From NCBI RefSeq assembly GCF_018350175.1, contig NC_058368.1:208880001-208944000 (forward strand): a stretch of DNA of 64,000 bases, written 5' to 3'. Position 1 is the stretch's first letter. Each line of letters starts with the position of its first letter. Made by a program: the position numbers and the translations under genes. The stretch comes from Felis catus. Its lineage: Eukaryota. Below are positions 12,671 to 26,312 of the stretch, piece by piece. The notes under the pieces were generated by a model that saw only the letters and a program-made list of their open reading frames with translations, made no database searches and was not told the DNA's origin.

Positions 12671-15600
12671 GATCTCCCATCTGTAGGCACTTTCCCTTGA
12701 TCAGTTCTCTGATGAAGGTGTTGAGTAAAAATTAGAGTCGTGGTCATGGTAGCTTGTGGTACCCTCCATTCAAGATAGACGCTTTTCAAAAGGCATTTGT
12801 TAACGGTCTTCCCCCATTTCCTGACCACCTCAAACACAAGAAGACTGATAAATGAATGAAGCATATTACCTCTAAAGGGCTACCGACCCAGACTGGATGT
12901 ACACGTCTAAGCAGGCATCTGGTTACCCTCCTTTTCTCCTACCACATCTGACTTATTGGTTATTAAACACTGACAGGCTCACAGATGCCTGAAATAGTAA
13001 TGTTGATTCCTATAAGCTTTTCTCAAATTGGCTCAAATCTCCTAATATTCGTTCTTAGATCACATAAAGAAGTGCTCACCTTTGGCTGCCACCTTCATGG
13101 AATCATAAAGCTGATCTCTTCAGCTGTTAGCAGGACAGAAGGTTGATCATCTTTAAAGAATAAAAATTAAGGTCTGACTACAATGCAGTAAGATCAGCTG
13201 GCTAAGATTAAGTGGGAGCCAGTGTGTTAGTGGTTTTAGTTTAGGCTGTTCTGTTTTAGTTTGGTATTTTGTGTGTATGTGAATGTGTGTGACAGTTATA
13301 TCCTGATTCTCAAGTCTGGATGGCTCAAATTTACACAGTCATCTTGGGAGATAAAAGAGCTGCTAGAAACACATAATGACACAGAATTTTAACTAATGCT
13401 GTGGATCCTCGCTACAGAAAAATGTACATGAGCATAAGCAATGTGTGCTGCATACTTTGGGGGGTTCACAGACAACTTGCTTAGGTTAAGCACCCCCATG
13501 CAAGAGAGAGCTCAGATCTCTGGTGATTCCAGATAGGAGGTGAGTGCCTGAGGATGTCATGGTGGCTTAGGACTTAGGCCATGCCAGGTGCAACACCGGC
13601 AACTGTTTACAATGCTGCTGCTTCTTCCTTGAGCCATCACAACAGTCATCCATGAATAGATCCCGACAGACAAAGGAAAAGCAGCCTGGATACTGCTGAA
13701 GCTTGCATACCAGTGATCCTTCTTCCCACTGGCAAGGCAGAAACACTTCTCGCGCCTCATTCTCGTTTCATCCTTCCCTCACCCTTTCCTGTTTCTCTTT
13801 TTCCCTCTGCCAAATATTTAATGCGCACCTTTTTTAACCCCTTTCTCAGGGCTAGGGCCTAGGAATACAAATGTGAATAAAATGTGGCTTCTCTCATTCA
13901 TTAAACAAATTCAGTGAACATTCACAGAACCCAACGCGTTTTCATTTTTACAATGTATATCCCAGGGTGGGAAACACACACACTCAGGCCCACGAGGCAC
14001 ACACATACACACTTACAATGAACATAAAAGAAGGCTATAGCATAGAGTTAAGAAAGCCACCAGAGAGGCAGAGGAGGGAGCAATTAATTGCCTTCCAGAG
14101 TGGGTCATGGAAGGCTGCACAGGAAAGGTGAACTTGATCCCCATATTCAAAAACAAGCAGGCAGACAAGGAAGGAAGGAGGGACAGTACGTGCAAACGCA
14201 CTCAGGTGCAGAGAACATGGTGCTTCCCAGATTCAGAGTCGCTGGAACTCAGAACGATGTGCAAGAACCATCAGCAGGAGCTAAAGCAGGAAAGACAAGG
14301 GGAGGCCACACAAATGGGCTCAAACTATGGACACAGACACCCTGGAAGGCTCTATGCAGAGGGATGAAATGTAGGTTTTAGTTTTAGAAAGCTAAGTCTG
14401 ATGGCAGGATAAAAGATGTATTTGAGGACCAAATAAAAAACAAGGAGATTAGTTGGGAGGGAGACTCCTGGGAGGTCCTGGTAAGGGACAAAAGAGGGAC
14501 TAAATTCTAGCAAGAGGAGAAGGGAAAGAGAAGAAGGTCAAATATAAGAGAGTCAGCAGACAGCATGGATAGAAACTGGCAAATGTTTACATGAGGTGGC
14601 AGGGGGTGAGGGAGGAGTCATTATTTTGACTTCCATGTCCCTTATTTGTGTAGTTGAGGGACATAGGGAATGTAAGATTGTATGGGGTTAAGACAATGAG
14701 GCCCGAGGGCCATGAAGAGTGTGAGGGCCTATGGAATACCGACTGGAGAGGTCCACCCTGGTGATGGGACTACAGGTCCAATGAGCACCCACTATTGGTC
14801 CAGTCCTGGTTCTGAGGTCCTCACTCACCAAAGTTGATACAGAAATCCTATGTGTCCTTTGCCAATCTTGTGTGGACGAAAAAAGTTTTTTATAAAATTT
14901 TCGAGTGAGATAGATCATCTCATGCATAAAAAGGGCCACTTGTGTTGCGGGTAACAATGAGAAGATCATCTTCGTGCTAAATCTGTCTTTCTCTCCCCTT
15001 ACATCATAGGCAGGCTCCGCCAAGACTGCTATGATATAGTTTTTATTCCCCCCTCCAACCCTCCATGACAACTTTTGGCCGTGCAAGACGAATACTTCCA
15101 TATGGTGCAATGTTTATGTTAAGACCGGGAAAAAATATGAAATGCTTTCAGTAAATTTCATCCAAGAAACAGTAGATTTACAAATCCTAAGCAGTTGGAA
15201 CAAAATATTGGTCTGTAATTGATTTTGGATGAAGTGTATTTCAACAGGAATAGGAAACTTGAGGCAGTTTGTTAATTACTGATGCTTAGAAATCTTGAGT
15301 GTCTTTGTACAGCCCTCCCTACTATTATCTCAGACAGATTACTTGACTTCTTGAGTTTATTCTGTCTTGTCTGTAAAATGGGTTTAGCAACTTTACCTAC
15401 TCATGGTATTTTTTTTTTTTTTTGAGGATTAAATGAGCTATTACAAGTTAAGAGCTCAGAATGGTAGTCATCAGACAGTAGGCTTGTAGCAAATGTTAGT
15501 TCTTATTACCTATAAGCCAAGTGATGAGGGAAGGGGAATAGAATGAAGATAGGGGTGGAAAGGAAAAAGGATAGAGAGCAGGTGACAAGAATGGTTTTTA

Positions 15601-15984
15601 GGATGTATTTATAGAGGAATGCCCATTTCTACCTCAGAACTGCAGGGGTGAGAAAGCTATATACATGTGAGTAGTTGTTACAAAAGGTTTTTGGGAGGGG
15701 GTGGGTATGTGAGGCCTACAACTTTCCAACACACATTTTGGATCATCATTCATTTTTATTATTATTTAATTCACTAGGCTAAATGAGAGCAGGAGGGCAG
15801 AAGGCAAGAGGACTAAACACTCCTGAATTTTCTAGCAGGGACTATTTGACATGCAAAATTACCCCAGGTCTGTGTGAAACCAGTCCACGGAATTTTACTC
15901 TATTGACTCATTATTACTTTGGACAAACTGCCAACCTTTGTTTTAGTTTTCCAATCACAAAAGCACAAGGATCTTATAGAATGA

Positions 15985-16342
15985 TTTTTTTCTTTCAAGT
16001 GGGCTCCACACCCAGTATGGAGCCTAACACGAGGCTTGAACTCACAACCCTGAGATCAACACCTGAGCTGAAATCGAGAGTTGGACATTTGGGGTGTCTG
16101 GGTGGCTTAGTCAGCTGAGCGTCTGGCTTTGGCTCAGGTCATGCATGATCTTATGGTTCGCGGGTTCAAGCCCCACATTGTGCTCTGTGCTGTCAGCCTG
16201 TCAGCTTGTCAGTGAAGAGACCACTTCAGATCCTCTGTTCCCCTCTCTTTGCTCCTCCCCTAACTTGTGCTCTCCCAAAAATAAATAAATTTTTTTAAAA
16301 AAAGAGTTGGACATTTAACAAACTGAGCCACCCAGATACCCC
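15985..16342 (-). mobile_element. Older CAN-SINE (outer), split by a nested SINE
   Basis: SINE body at 15985-16090 and head at 16317-16342 on -. TSD tagaa(t/c)gatt at 15977-15986 and 16343-16352. Confidence 0.88.
16091..16302 (+). mobile_element. CAN-SINE nested in an opposite-strand SINE
   Basis: TSD agagttggacattt at 16077-16090 and 16303-16316. Confidence 0.92.
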
Positions 16343-16469
16343 TAGAACGATTCTTTACTATCTTCTAATTACATAGCTCTTACATATACAAAGCATTTCT
16401 ATACTTTCCTAACTTAATAGGAATAAAAATCAGGCCAAGTAGGTATCATTAGCTCTATTTTAAAATAGG

Positions 16470-16700
16470 AAATAATGTATTGTATGTTTACTACATGCCA
16501 GGTACTATACTAAACACTTTACAAGGAGCGTCTCATCTAATCCTGTAACAAATCTATGAGGGTGGTGCTATCATCATCTGAGACTAGAAGAGAGAAGTTT
16601 AAGAACTCCCAAGGTGACCCAGACAGTAAAGGGCAGAGCCAAGGTTTGAACCCACATGGGTCTGACTTCAAAGCCTGCTTCCTAAATCCTAACCACTGTA
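16470..16700 (-). mobile_element. MIR
   Basis: tctcatctaatcct...cccaaggtgacccag...ggcagagccaaggtttgaaccc...tctgacttcaaagcc. Confidence 0.75.
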
Positions 16701-17123
16701 GTCTGTTGTTCAAGAATAATTAGATACATGTTCTTTCCTAGTACAGCAATGCTTTTAGCCTGAACTCAGCCTAATTACTTATAATCATGTAAACAACTGT
16801 GGTGAAATTATACAGAAATACTAAACTTTTTGATGTCTATTTCCATATTATGCTCCTAGAATTGCTCAAGACACATGTCTGTCTCTATGTACATTCCCCT
16901 CCCCTAAGGTTATAAGAATCTGTACAAGACCAATAACTGTTAAATAAAGTTTCCAAATACCTAAAGCACTTGGTAATAGGCTAAGAATCTGTTTCTCATT
17001 TATATTACAGATTTCATAGTTGTAGTTAAGAATATGTAAGGACAACTGTAGTGAAGGGTAGCCACCAATCTTTTGAATGGTTCAATAATGCAAAGCACAA
17101 AAGTTGCTCATAAAAATGCATTT

Positions 17124-17129
17124 TTTATT
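17124..17129 (-). terminator. WDR70: Canonical polyadenylation signal (AATAAA) for WDR70; short 3' UTR
   Basis: tttatt on the + strand, about 67 nt downstream of the stop codon. Confidence 0.7.
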
Positions 17130-17195
17130 TCATTAAAAAAAAAATCCTGTCCAATATTCCTCCCCCTCATGCAAATAGCTTTCACGTGAGAGTCT

Positions 17196-17283
17196 TCAGA
17201 TTTTACGCTTTTTCCATTCGGGCTCATTCTTTGTTTCCTCATCATCAGATTCAACTTGGGCAAACATGGTTTTGGGCTGAGTC
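17196..17283 (-). CDS. WDR70: WDR70 last coding exon (probably exon 18), 88 nt including stop
   Basis: AA+G makes K, then TQPKTMFAQVESDDEETKNEPEWKKRKI and TGA at 17198-17196. Acceptor ctttcttttag. Too short to appear in the ORF track. Confidence 0.95.
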
Positions 17284-17657
17284 CTAAAAGAAAGTTAATG
17301 AAAAGAGGAAAAATTTAGTTGGCAAGTGTTTATTAGATTAGACCTTTGCTACTTTCATCAAGTGGAAGCACATTTGGGGAATCAATTACATCTTAATTAT
17401 TAAGTATTAATCATTAAACTTCTGGCAAAGAAAAAGATAATGGAAATTTAATTATGTTCAACAAAAGAGTCGATTCTTTTAAACGTTTTCTCTCTGTAGC
17501 AGACTATGTATGCTGTCCTTTTCTTAAATAAAATGAAAATGTATCAAATTCAGTACAATCTCGTACATCCATAACCACCCTCTCCTTCAAACTCAGGCTA
17601 ATTGGGATTGTTTGGGAGGCCAAATTATAGTCACCGAGCAAAAATACACATGATCTA

Positions 17658-17879
17658 GGGCACCTGGATGGCTCAGTCAGTTAAGTGTCCGACTCTGGGT
17701 TTTGGCTCAGGTCCTGATCTCACGGTTCATGAGTTCAACCCCCTCTTTAGGCTCTGTGCAGGCAGAGACTGCTTCGGATTCTCTCTCTCCTTCTCTCTCT
17801 CTGCCCCCCAGCCCTGACTGTCTCTCTCTCTCTCAAAATAAATAAACTTTAAAAAAATAATAAAAAATTCAGAGAAAAA
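17658..17879 (+). mobile_element. CAN-SINE
   Basis: SINE head, (CT)n and A-rich tail. Partial TSD aatacacat. Confidence 0.93.
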
Positions 17880-18950
17880 GGAATACACATTATTTTTATT
17901 TATAGCTCTCTGGGTTGTTCCTGGACTTAAGTCGTCCAAATACACGTGATTATGGTGCACATGAACACGAGAATTTGAGATAATAGCTTTCTTATTTAAT
18001 GAGTCTAAAATAAGAGATAAGATATATAGTAACTTGAGCACTGCCAGCAAAACTAAAAAACAAAACAAATGGACATTCTCTCCACCCCATGCATTGAAAT
18101 GTCAAGCGTTTTACGATACATCACTGAGTATCATTGCTCTAATACTGGCACACAGTACCTCAAGCCATCTTTGCATTAGGACTTTCTGTGCTTTGTAAAC
18201 ATACCTGGTTCAAGGACTTTCCTTTTTATACCATTCACACAGAAAATAATTTCAAGAATATGTCAAATGGTTACAATTTATGCTTCTTTCGGTCATGCTG
18301 ATTTCCCTTTAAAAACAGCTCTATCACATTACAAGGAACTATTGAAACACTGTACCTGAAGATCATCTATTTTAGCTCACATCTTCATCCTGAATTCAAT
18401 TCATTACATCATGGTAATTCCAGAATTTTAAAATAATGACAACAACAATTCCTTTTCTTTGACAAATAAAAACAGGGTTAAAACCCGACATTACTTGTTG
18501 TTGTTTATTTATTATCCTGGGAAGAACTATATACCATCCACATTCAGGCTCATGTTGTTCTGATGCAAGCCATGTACTGGAATTCCTCATGCAAAAGTTA
18601 GTTACAACTCCTGTCTCTCTAGTGACCCACACACCTACCTCGAGCCCAAGGTGTCCCCATACACAATCCAGTCGGTTCAACCTCTTGTCACTTCAAGACA
18701 CTGTCATGACCTCTGCAAATAAGTCACAGCTCTAACATTTCCAAAAACAGCTGCAGATTTTCAGAGGTCATGAGTTGCTGAATTACTAGAAAGCAGGACC
18801 CCTGGCTTTCTAACATGCTACAATATGGCAACTGGTACTCATTACATATTTCATCTTTTGGCAAAGCTGTGGACCACTTAGGGATGGGCAAACCCATATG
18901 GGAACAAATCTGTCTGGTTTAAAAAGTCCTTTCGATTAGATGGTTAATTA

Positions 18951-19162
18951 TTTTTTTTTAATGTTTATTTATTCTTGAGACAGAGACAGAGTGTGAACAG
19001 GGGAGGGGCAGAGAGAGAGGGAGACACAGAATCTGAAACAGGCTCCAGGCTCTGAGCTGTCAGCACAGAGCCCAAAGCACACTGGGCTTGAACCCATGAG
19101 CCGTGAGATCATGACCTGAGCCGAAGTCAGACGCTTAACTGACTGAGCCACCCAGGCACCCC
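18951..19162 (-). mobile_element. CAN-SINE
   Basis: TSD tagatggttaatt at 18937-18949 and 19163-19175. Confidence 0.95.
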
Positions 19163-19429
19163 TAGATGGTTAATTTCTAAAGAGAAAAAATAACAGTCTT
19201 ATAACGATATCTGGCAGTGCTTCTGAAGACACCAGCTCAGAGTTAGCCGCAGTGAGACTTCAGTACTAAGAAATTGTAATGGTGTTTATTTTGGATATAA
19301 AGAAAAATTAAATGACAGATTACAGGAAGAATAGAGCCGAGAGCTTAAAAAGGCTATTTCATTTAAGTAGTTACTCTCATATTCTACCTGCTTCCCAAGG
19401 GTATTTTTGGCAGGTTGGTGGCTAACCTG

Positions 19430-19640
19430 AAGGGTGTAGAATCAATGGAACTATTTCACAGGGGGCAGAAAGGGGGTAATAATTGTAAAGAGGCATGGGG
19501 AACATTTTGTGGGGATGGAGATGTTCTATAATCTTGACTGAAGTGGTGATTACATAAGTGCATACATTTGTCAAGACTTGAAATGGGTGAATTTTGCATT
19601 AGACATAAATGATACTTCAATAAAATGGACTTATAAAGAA
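19430..19640 (+). mobile_element. Short L1M 3' terminal fragment
   Basis: ggggatggagatgttctataatcttgactg...catttgtcaagact...gatacttcaataaaa. Confidence 0.65.
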
Positions 19641-20189
19641 AATCAAAACAACTGAGAAGGTGAATAACAAAGGAATGAAAGGGTAAACATAATAATACAA
19701 CACTCAATTCCCCAGTGGCCAAGATAAAGAAAAAGAAGAAGGAAAAATACTAGTTTTTCAGAGGAGGTGTCTTTTCCCCCAGCACTAAACTCAGCAAAAT
19801 TTACTGAGTAGATCTTTATATCAGGATCACTTAAGACTCCCCCTTTGAATTACCAGACCATACAGTTTCCTTTGTCCTTTCTAGGTATTTTAACTTAGGG
19901 GATATGAGTTTGTTTGGAAGGTAGGATGGTCTCTTTGCAAAACTCCATGAAATTTAGTATTTTAAATTCCATTTTTTAAAACTAGTAACAGTGTTGCTGG
20001 AAAACAACCATATTCTGTATATGCAACGTCAAATCATGACATTTAGCTTTCAAATAGCCAGGTTTTCCTTCCCCCAGTTGCCAAAATCAAGGTATAAACT
20101 ACCCAAGTTTTCCCAGCAACGCTTGTTTAGCACTTTGTCTTTCATTTTGTTGGCCAGGTAGGGAATACCTGAGTGTAGGAAGTAGGCCC

Positions 20190-21733
20190 CTTTCAACAAA
20201 TGGTGCTGGCAAAATTGTACCATATGCAATAAATAAAACTGGACCCTTGCCTTACATGATGCAAAGATTAACTTGAAATGGATCAAAGACCTAAACCTAA
20301 GAGCAAAAACTACAAAATATTACGGAAAAGCTTTATGACATTAGATGTGGCAATGATTTCTTTGATAAGACACCAAAAGCCCAAGCACAAAAGACAAACA
20401 GGTAAATTGAACTATATCCAAATTAAAAATTTCTGTGCATCAATGGACACAGCTAACAGACTGAAAAGGCAACAACCTATGAAATGGGAGAAAATATTTG
20501 CTAATCATATATTTAATCAGGAATTAATATCTAGAATAAAGAACTACAACTCAACAATAACTACAACAACAACAACAAAGCCAAACAATACAGTTAAAAA
20601 CTGGGCAAAGGAGGAGTGCCTGGGTGGCTTAGTCAGTTAAGCGTCTGACTTTGGCTCAGGTCCTGGTCTCCTGGTTCGGGAGTTTGAGCCCTGCATCAGG
20701 CTCTGTGCTGATAGTTCTGAACTGGGAACCTGCTTCAGATTCTGTGTCTCCTTCTCTCTCTCTCTGCCCCTCCCCTGATCGCACTCTGTCTCCCTCTCTC
20801 TAAAATAAATAAACATTAACAAAATTAAAAAGAAAAAACTGGGCAAAGGACTTGAATAGATATTTCTCCAAAGAAGACAAGCAAAAGACTAACAAACACA
20901 TAAAAAGATGCTCAACATTGCTAATCAGTAGGGAAATGCAGATCCAAACCACAATGAAATAACACCTCACACCCATTAGGATGGCTACTATCAAACAAAA
21001 GACAAATAAACAAACAAAACCCAGAAAATAACATGTATTGGCCAGGATGTGGAGAACTGGGACCCTTTACACAGTGATGGTGGGAATGCAAAATGGTGCA
21101 GCCTCTAGGGGAAAAAAATATGGCAGTTCCTCAAAAATTTCAAAATAAAATTACCATGTGATCTAGCAATTCCACTTCAGGAAATATGCCCAAAAGAATT
21201 GAAAGAAGGGTCTTAAAATGATATTTTATTAGAGATTAATAAATGTTCCGTGCATTATTCAGAACAGTCAGAAGGCAGAAGCAACCTCAGTGTCGTGGAC
21301 AGATGAACGGATAAACAACATGCGGCACACACGTACAATGAGATATTATTCAGTCTTAAAAAGGAAAGAAATGCTGGCAAATGCTACACGCCTGTGCCTG
21401 GAGGACATTATGCTAACTGAAATAGGCTAGTCACAAAAAGACAAATACTGTATAATTCCACTTATATGTGGTACTGAGGTAGTCATACTTATAAGATAGA
21501 AAGCTGGACAGCAGTTGCCAGGGACTGGGTAGAGGGGAAAGGACAAGCTGTTTAGTGAGTACAGAGTTTTAGTTTTGCAAGATGAGAAGAATTCTGGAGA
21601 TTGGTTGTACAACAATGTGAATGTACTTAACACTACTGAAATGTACACATAAAAATGATTAAGAGGTTAAATTTTATGTTTATGTGTGCTTTACCAAAAT
21701 TAAAAAAAAGATTTTTTTTGAATTAAAAAAAAG
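20190..21733 (+). mobile_element. L1 (L1MA/MB-like) 3' portion: ORF2 end plus 3' UTR
   Basis: tttcaacaaatggtgctgg..., KWEKIFANHI-like peptide, typical L1M 3' UTR (gtgaatgtacttaacactactgaa) and A-rich tail. Confidence 0.9.
20613..20833 (+). mobile_element. CAN-SINE inserted in L1
   Basis: 17-bp TSD aaaaactgggcaaagga at 20596-20612 and 20834-20850. Confidence 0.95.
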
Positions 21734-24700
21734 AAGAACGAACCAGACTCCTTGGACTTGGGAATAAGGAAGAATGAACCCACTTCTAGAATAAACAGGA
21801 GGTACCCTGGAGAAGGTCTTACCCTCCAATCTGGGGTCCTGCCTAGAGCAGTGCTTCTCAAACCATCCGTGACACAAGGCTAGTCTTTGTTTTCTAATTT
21901 CCAATCCCTTGCAGACAAATCTACTACTTCTAGAAAAATAAAAAGACTGCAAAGTACTGACCCAAATTTTTGTTAGATTCCAAACATATATCAACTTGCT
22001 ACACAATTTTCTAAGTGCTTGCTCTCAATTCCTGTGCTTATCTATCTCATGAGCCAGTACTGGCTGCTGGACCGCACCTTCCCTCTCAGCTTGGGAAAGA
22101 AAGTGGCAAAGCAGGGCTCTGAATCTAGGCTGGGAAGTAAGAATCTGTCTTCTTAACATCAGCTCTTAAACACAATGAGCTTCCTCCAGTGTGGGAAAGT
22201 ACTTCTCACCTCTGGAGAAGCTGGCCCTGGATGATGCAACTGAAGATTGGGCGCAGGCATGGGGTTCGAGGCTGCACTCTCACAGGCCCACCCTTGAAGT
22301 AAAGGAGCAGTCTTTACTTCTTGGGGGTTAGGCATGACGAGGTGAATGGAGATGTGGACCACAGACAGAAGTTTCCCTTGTTCCAATCCAACCTGCCCCC
22401 ATACCAACATTCTTACGGCACAAATCAGAGCCCTCCATAAAAGCTATATGCTGAATAAAGACCAGGTTCTTTAAAAAAACAGTATTTGAGTTGAGTACAC
22501 TGAACACCTCTGTCTAGACTAGAGAATGCCAGTGTTTTATAGAAGCAAAGTGAGAGAATTATAGCTTTAAATCTTGTAGCTATTCTGTCTTTTCAGCAAT
22601 TTTTATCTTCAAATTTATTTCCAGCAGTTATTCTTTTGAAAAATTTTGGAAACTCATGTATGAGAAAGAGCAAAAAAAAAAAAAATTCAATTCAGGATTA
22701 TCTAGGGCATTTAAAACTGATTTCTTCAGTCACTACTTTTTAAGACAATGAGAAACAGAGATGATTAAACAGAGTTAGGAATAGAACCAAAAGATTTCTT
22801 CCCTGGGGGATGGCCTAATTTGCCCTTGGCATAGAAAACTACTATAAAAATAAATCAACAATGTCAAGCAGGAGTAAAATGACACATTCAAAAAAAAAGT
22901 TAATGGATTTGAAAACACTTAAAAGTTGGTCCAGAAATCCCTGCTTTTAAAACCAACAGGAAACCAACAAATAAACAACAACAAAAAAATACTTCAAGTC
23001 TCTATTCACATTGTCACTGGCCACAAAAATGGATTCCTTTCTGGGCTGCTTGAAGAAACGGAATTTGTGTACTGATTTTAATATAGACTCTGTTGAGTGC
23101 TTCCATAAGGAAGAGTAGAACAAATCAAACCAAATGGGCCTGAACACATGGCAAGAACTCAGGAAATACAAATATAAATAAGTAATGAGCAAGAAATATA
23201 TTCCACCACCTTGAGAAAGCATTTCCATTACCGATCCATTACCTGTGTTCTATTAAATCAGTTCCTCCAGGATTCTATACCTCCTTTCTCAAGAGACAGG
23301 AAATTGTCAACTCAAACCTTCAGCCTCATGGCTGGAGATTTATGTAAGTTGCCCAAAACAAAAGCCTATAAAGAGGCTGACTTGAAGAAAAAGGAGGTAA
23401 GGGGAACATTCCGTTCAGCCAAAAGTATAATGACCACCGTTGCTCAACAGGTTAGTGGGAACACGGTAAGCCTCAGTGAGCACGAGCAGAGTAATCCACC
23501 TTATTGAAATCAGCTTTATTCAGGCTACCTATTTTACTGGTTTGTGGCCCACACTTACCCATTTTCCTAAGTATTAAATGAAAACTTCAGCTTACAGAAG
23601 GCTGATGTGAAACTTGTGTTTTCCAGTTTAACTCACTTTGCAAATAGTAAACATTTTTCACTTGACTGTATATGTCAACTTGTTTATTAGACTTACCAAG
23701 AAAAGGAGAACAGATTACATATCAACATGGTTATTATTACTAATCATTAAATAAGCTAATCAGAGAGGGGCTGAAAGGTTTCTTTGTTTTGTTTTAGCTT
23801 CAGTAAACTCTGCATTTGCTAATAGTTAATATTTCATGAAGCAAATGTAAAATCTTAAGCAAATGTCTTTCTCAAATCTATGAATTCTGATTAGATGATA
23901 TTTTGTGCTGAATAATTTTCCCCTTGGGACATTTTTTTAAACTGAATTCTCAAAGTTATTTGTACAAAGTGAGTCTTTTCCAGCAACTGTGTTCTAACAG
24001 AAAAATGTCGGAAGCCCAACAAAAACTGAATCCCACCTTTGGTGGTTCTGCCCAGAAGAATTTTGTGTAGAACAGTCAGATTCCCCCCGCAATACTCTTA
24101 TAAGGGCATTTCTGCAGTGCACTGTTTGTGCAAGAGATTCAAAGTGTCCGCGAGCAGTCCTTTCTCTTCTGACTAAGCTCCAACCTGGGCCTTCTATGCT
24201 CCTTTTTTAGTGCTCAGGCCACAGAAGAATCTCAGAATGTTTTCAGCTGCAATGGCAAGTCCACAGGTCACATTCTCATTAATTACAGATATTCTTCTAA
24301 TATGATTCATGCAAAGCCAGCTCCAGGGTCACAGAATGAGGATGAGGAGAAATCACTCGTAATATTTAGTCATCACTATGTGAGTGGAAACCACAAGCTT
24401 TTTTGGCTCAGGGCCCATTGTTTATTATGAAGGAAAACCTCAAAGCCAAAGTCAATTATAGCCATGACTTGACAATCTGACACACTTGTTAACCCTGTTA
24501 GAATGAATACGGTCCAGATGAACTGTGACCCAGTCATCACAATTGCAGAATTATTAAGATTAAATAAAGGGCCTGACCAAAAGATTCCACTTGAAATGGT
24601 CCCTTCTTTCTGGTGAAGAGCTAATCAAAGATAATTTTTTTTTTTTAATATTCGGGATGCATAAGAAGATGAGACGCAACATGATGTTTCTAGAGAAAGA

Positions 24701-25244
24701 ATGTTCTATTTTCTTCACAAACTGAACACATAATATTTTGGAAACTACATAAACATATCTCAGACTCATCAAATAGGGCACACGAACTCATAATGCTGGG
24801 TGTGTGAGTTCAAAGACGAGTGAGGGTGGAAAAAGGGACAAATGTGAAGCCTGTGGCAACTAGAAACAGAAAGAAAGTGAGGAAAGGAAAACAGAAAGAG
24901 CCTTCTAAAATCACCACCACCTGCCTTATCACTAAATAGTTAAACAAGTCAGAAGGATAAAATCTTTGAAGAGTACGCAGGCCTGGGGCCACCCAGGTGT
25001 TAGCAGTACCCTCTCCAGGCTCACGTTTGTAGCCAGCGTTACTGCAGCCCTGCTCTCTTCCTTCCCAGAGGGGGAAACAGCCTCGGCGAGTGTTAAGTAA
25101 AGCACAGAGGGAGCACAACACCTCAGAACTTCTGATTCTTAGTCTCGTGTTCGGCTATGCTACGCTGGCTCACACGATAGTCTTTCAGCTTCCCTATTGG
25201 TCAATTTTTTAAATAATTACTGGTTGCTTTGTGATGAGAAGCAG

Positions 25245-25490
25245 TACACTACAGTTGTCAAAAGCAGAAGCCTGACTCTGAAGCCAGGCTTCTGCATTCA
25301 AATCCCAATTCTGCCACCTGCTACCTGTGTGGCTTTGGTCAAGTTATAAGCCTCAACTTCCTCATCTATAACATGGGAACAATGATACCACCTACTTCAT
25401 AGGGATGTTGTGGAGATTAAATGAATATATACAAAGTTCTTAAACAAGGCTGGCGTGGTGTAAGTATAATAAATATGTCATTATTATTAC
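25245..25490 (+). mobile_element. MIR
   Basis: ttcaaatcccaattctgccac...gcctcaacttcctcatctataacatggg...gagattaaatga (MIR core). Confidence 0.8.
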
Positions 25491-25769
25491 ACCCTTTGCT
25501 TTGGCTATCAGGTGTTCCTCACCTCATATAAAAAGTATGTTTTCAAAAAGTTGTATGCAGAATATATTTGGTAAAATAAGTTATATATTAAATACACCAC
25601 AGCTGCTTGCTATTTAAAAAAAAACTGGGGGAAATTATTTGGTTATGTAAGTAATCTGTCTTCAGTATAAACCTGTATAATTAGAATAATCTACTCTGTA
25701 CATTTGAATTTTCTAAGGGTGAATCATTTGTGGTTTATTTTAAATAATTACTTTTGTATTATTACTGAA

Positions 25770-25948
25770 CTTTAGTGTGCAAAATAATCACCTGAGAAAC
25801 TTCTTAAGATGCAGATTTCCAGTCCCAAGCCCACAAAGTCTAACTGAGTTGGTCTGAGGTGCAGTCTAGAAACCTGTACCTTTAACCCCCTACCCCCACC
25901 CTTGACTCTGACACAAGGCAGTCTACAAAACCACTTTGAGAAATGCTG
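25770..25948. mobile_element. MER5-like hAT-Charlie MITE
   Basis: aatcacctgagaaactt...atgcagatttcc...ccactttgagaaatgctg. Confidence 0.7.
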
Positions 25949-26095
25949 GCCTCTATATAGGAATATGGTGGACAGGGATGATCAGTTACCTAAATATAAC
26001 TCAGGAAAAAAGTTACATTTTCCTCTGTGGGTTTATGTCTCTTCCTGACACAAATAATATATAAACCTTTACTCACTTAAGGAACAACCTCTTCA

Positions 26096-26312
26096 GGGGT
26101 GCCTGGGTGGCTCAGTCGGTTAAGCGTCCGACTTCGGCTCAGGTCATGATCTCGTGGTTTGTGAGTTCAAGCCCCACGTCGGGTTCTGTGCGGATAGCTC
26201 AGAGCCTGGAGCCTGCTTCAGATTCTGTGTCTCTCCATCTCTCGGCCCCTCCCCTGCTCATGCTCTGTGTCTCTCAGTCTCTCAATAATAAATAAACGTT
26301 AAAAAAAAAAAA
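26096..26312 (+). mobile_element. CAN-SINE
   Basis: ggggtgcctgggtggctcagtcggttaagcgtccgact, ending in an A tail. Confidence 0.95.

Noticed and set aside
14688..15110. 140-aa minus-strand ORF, and a plus-strand acceptor-like site near 15009
   Set aside because: No recognisable homology; all three plus frames after the acceptor stop within about 20 codons.
1..17100. Possible GDNF exons or 3' UTR
   Set aside because: No GDNF-like cystine-knot coding sequence was seen; the neighbour is inferred from synteny only.
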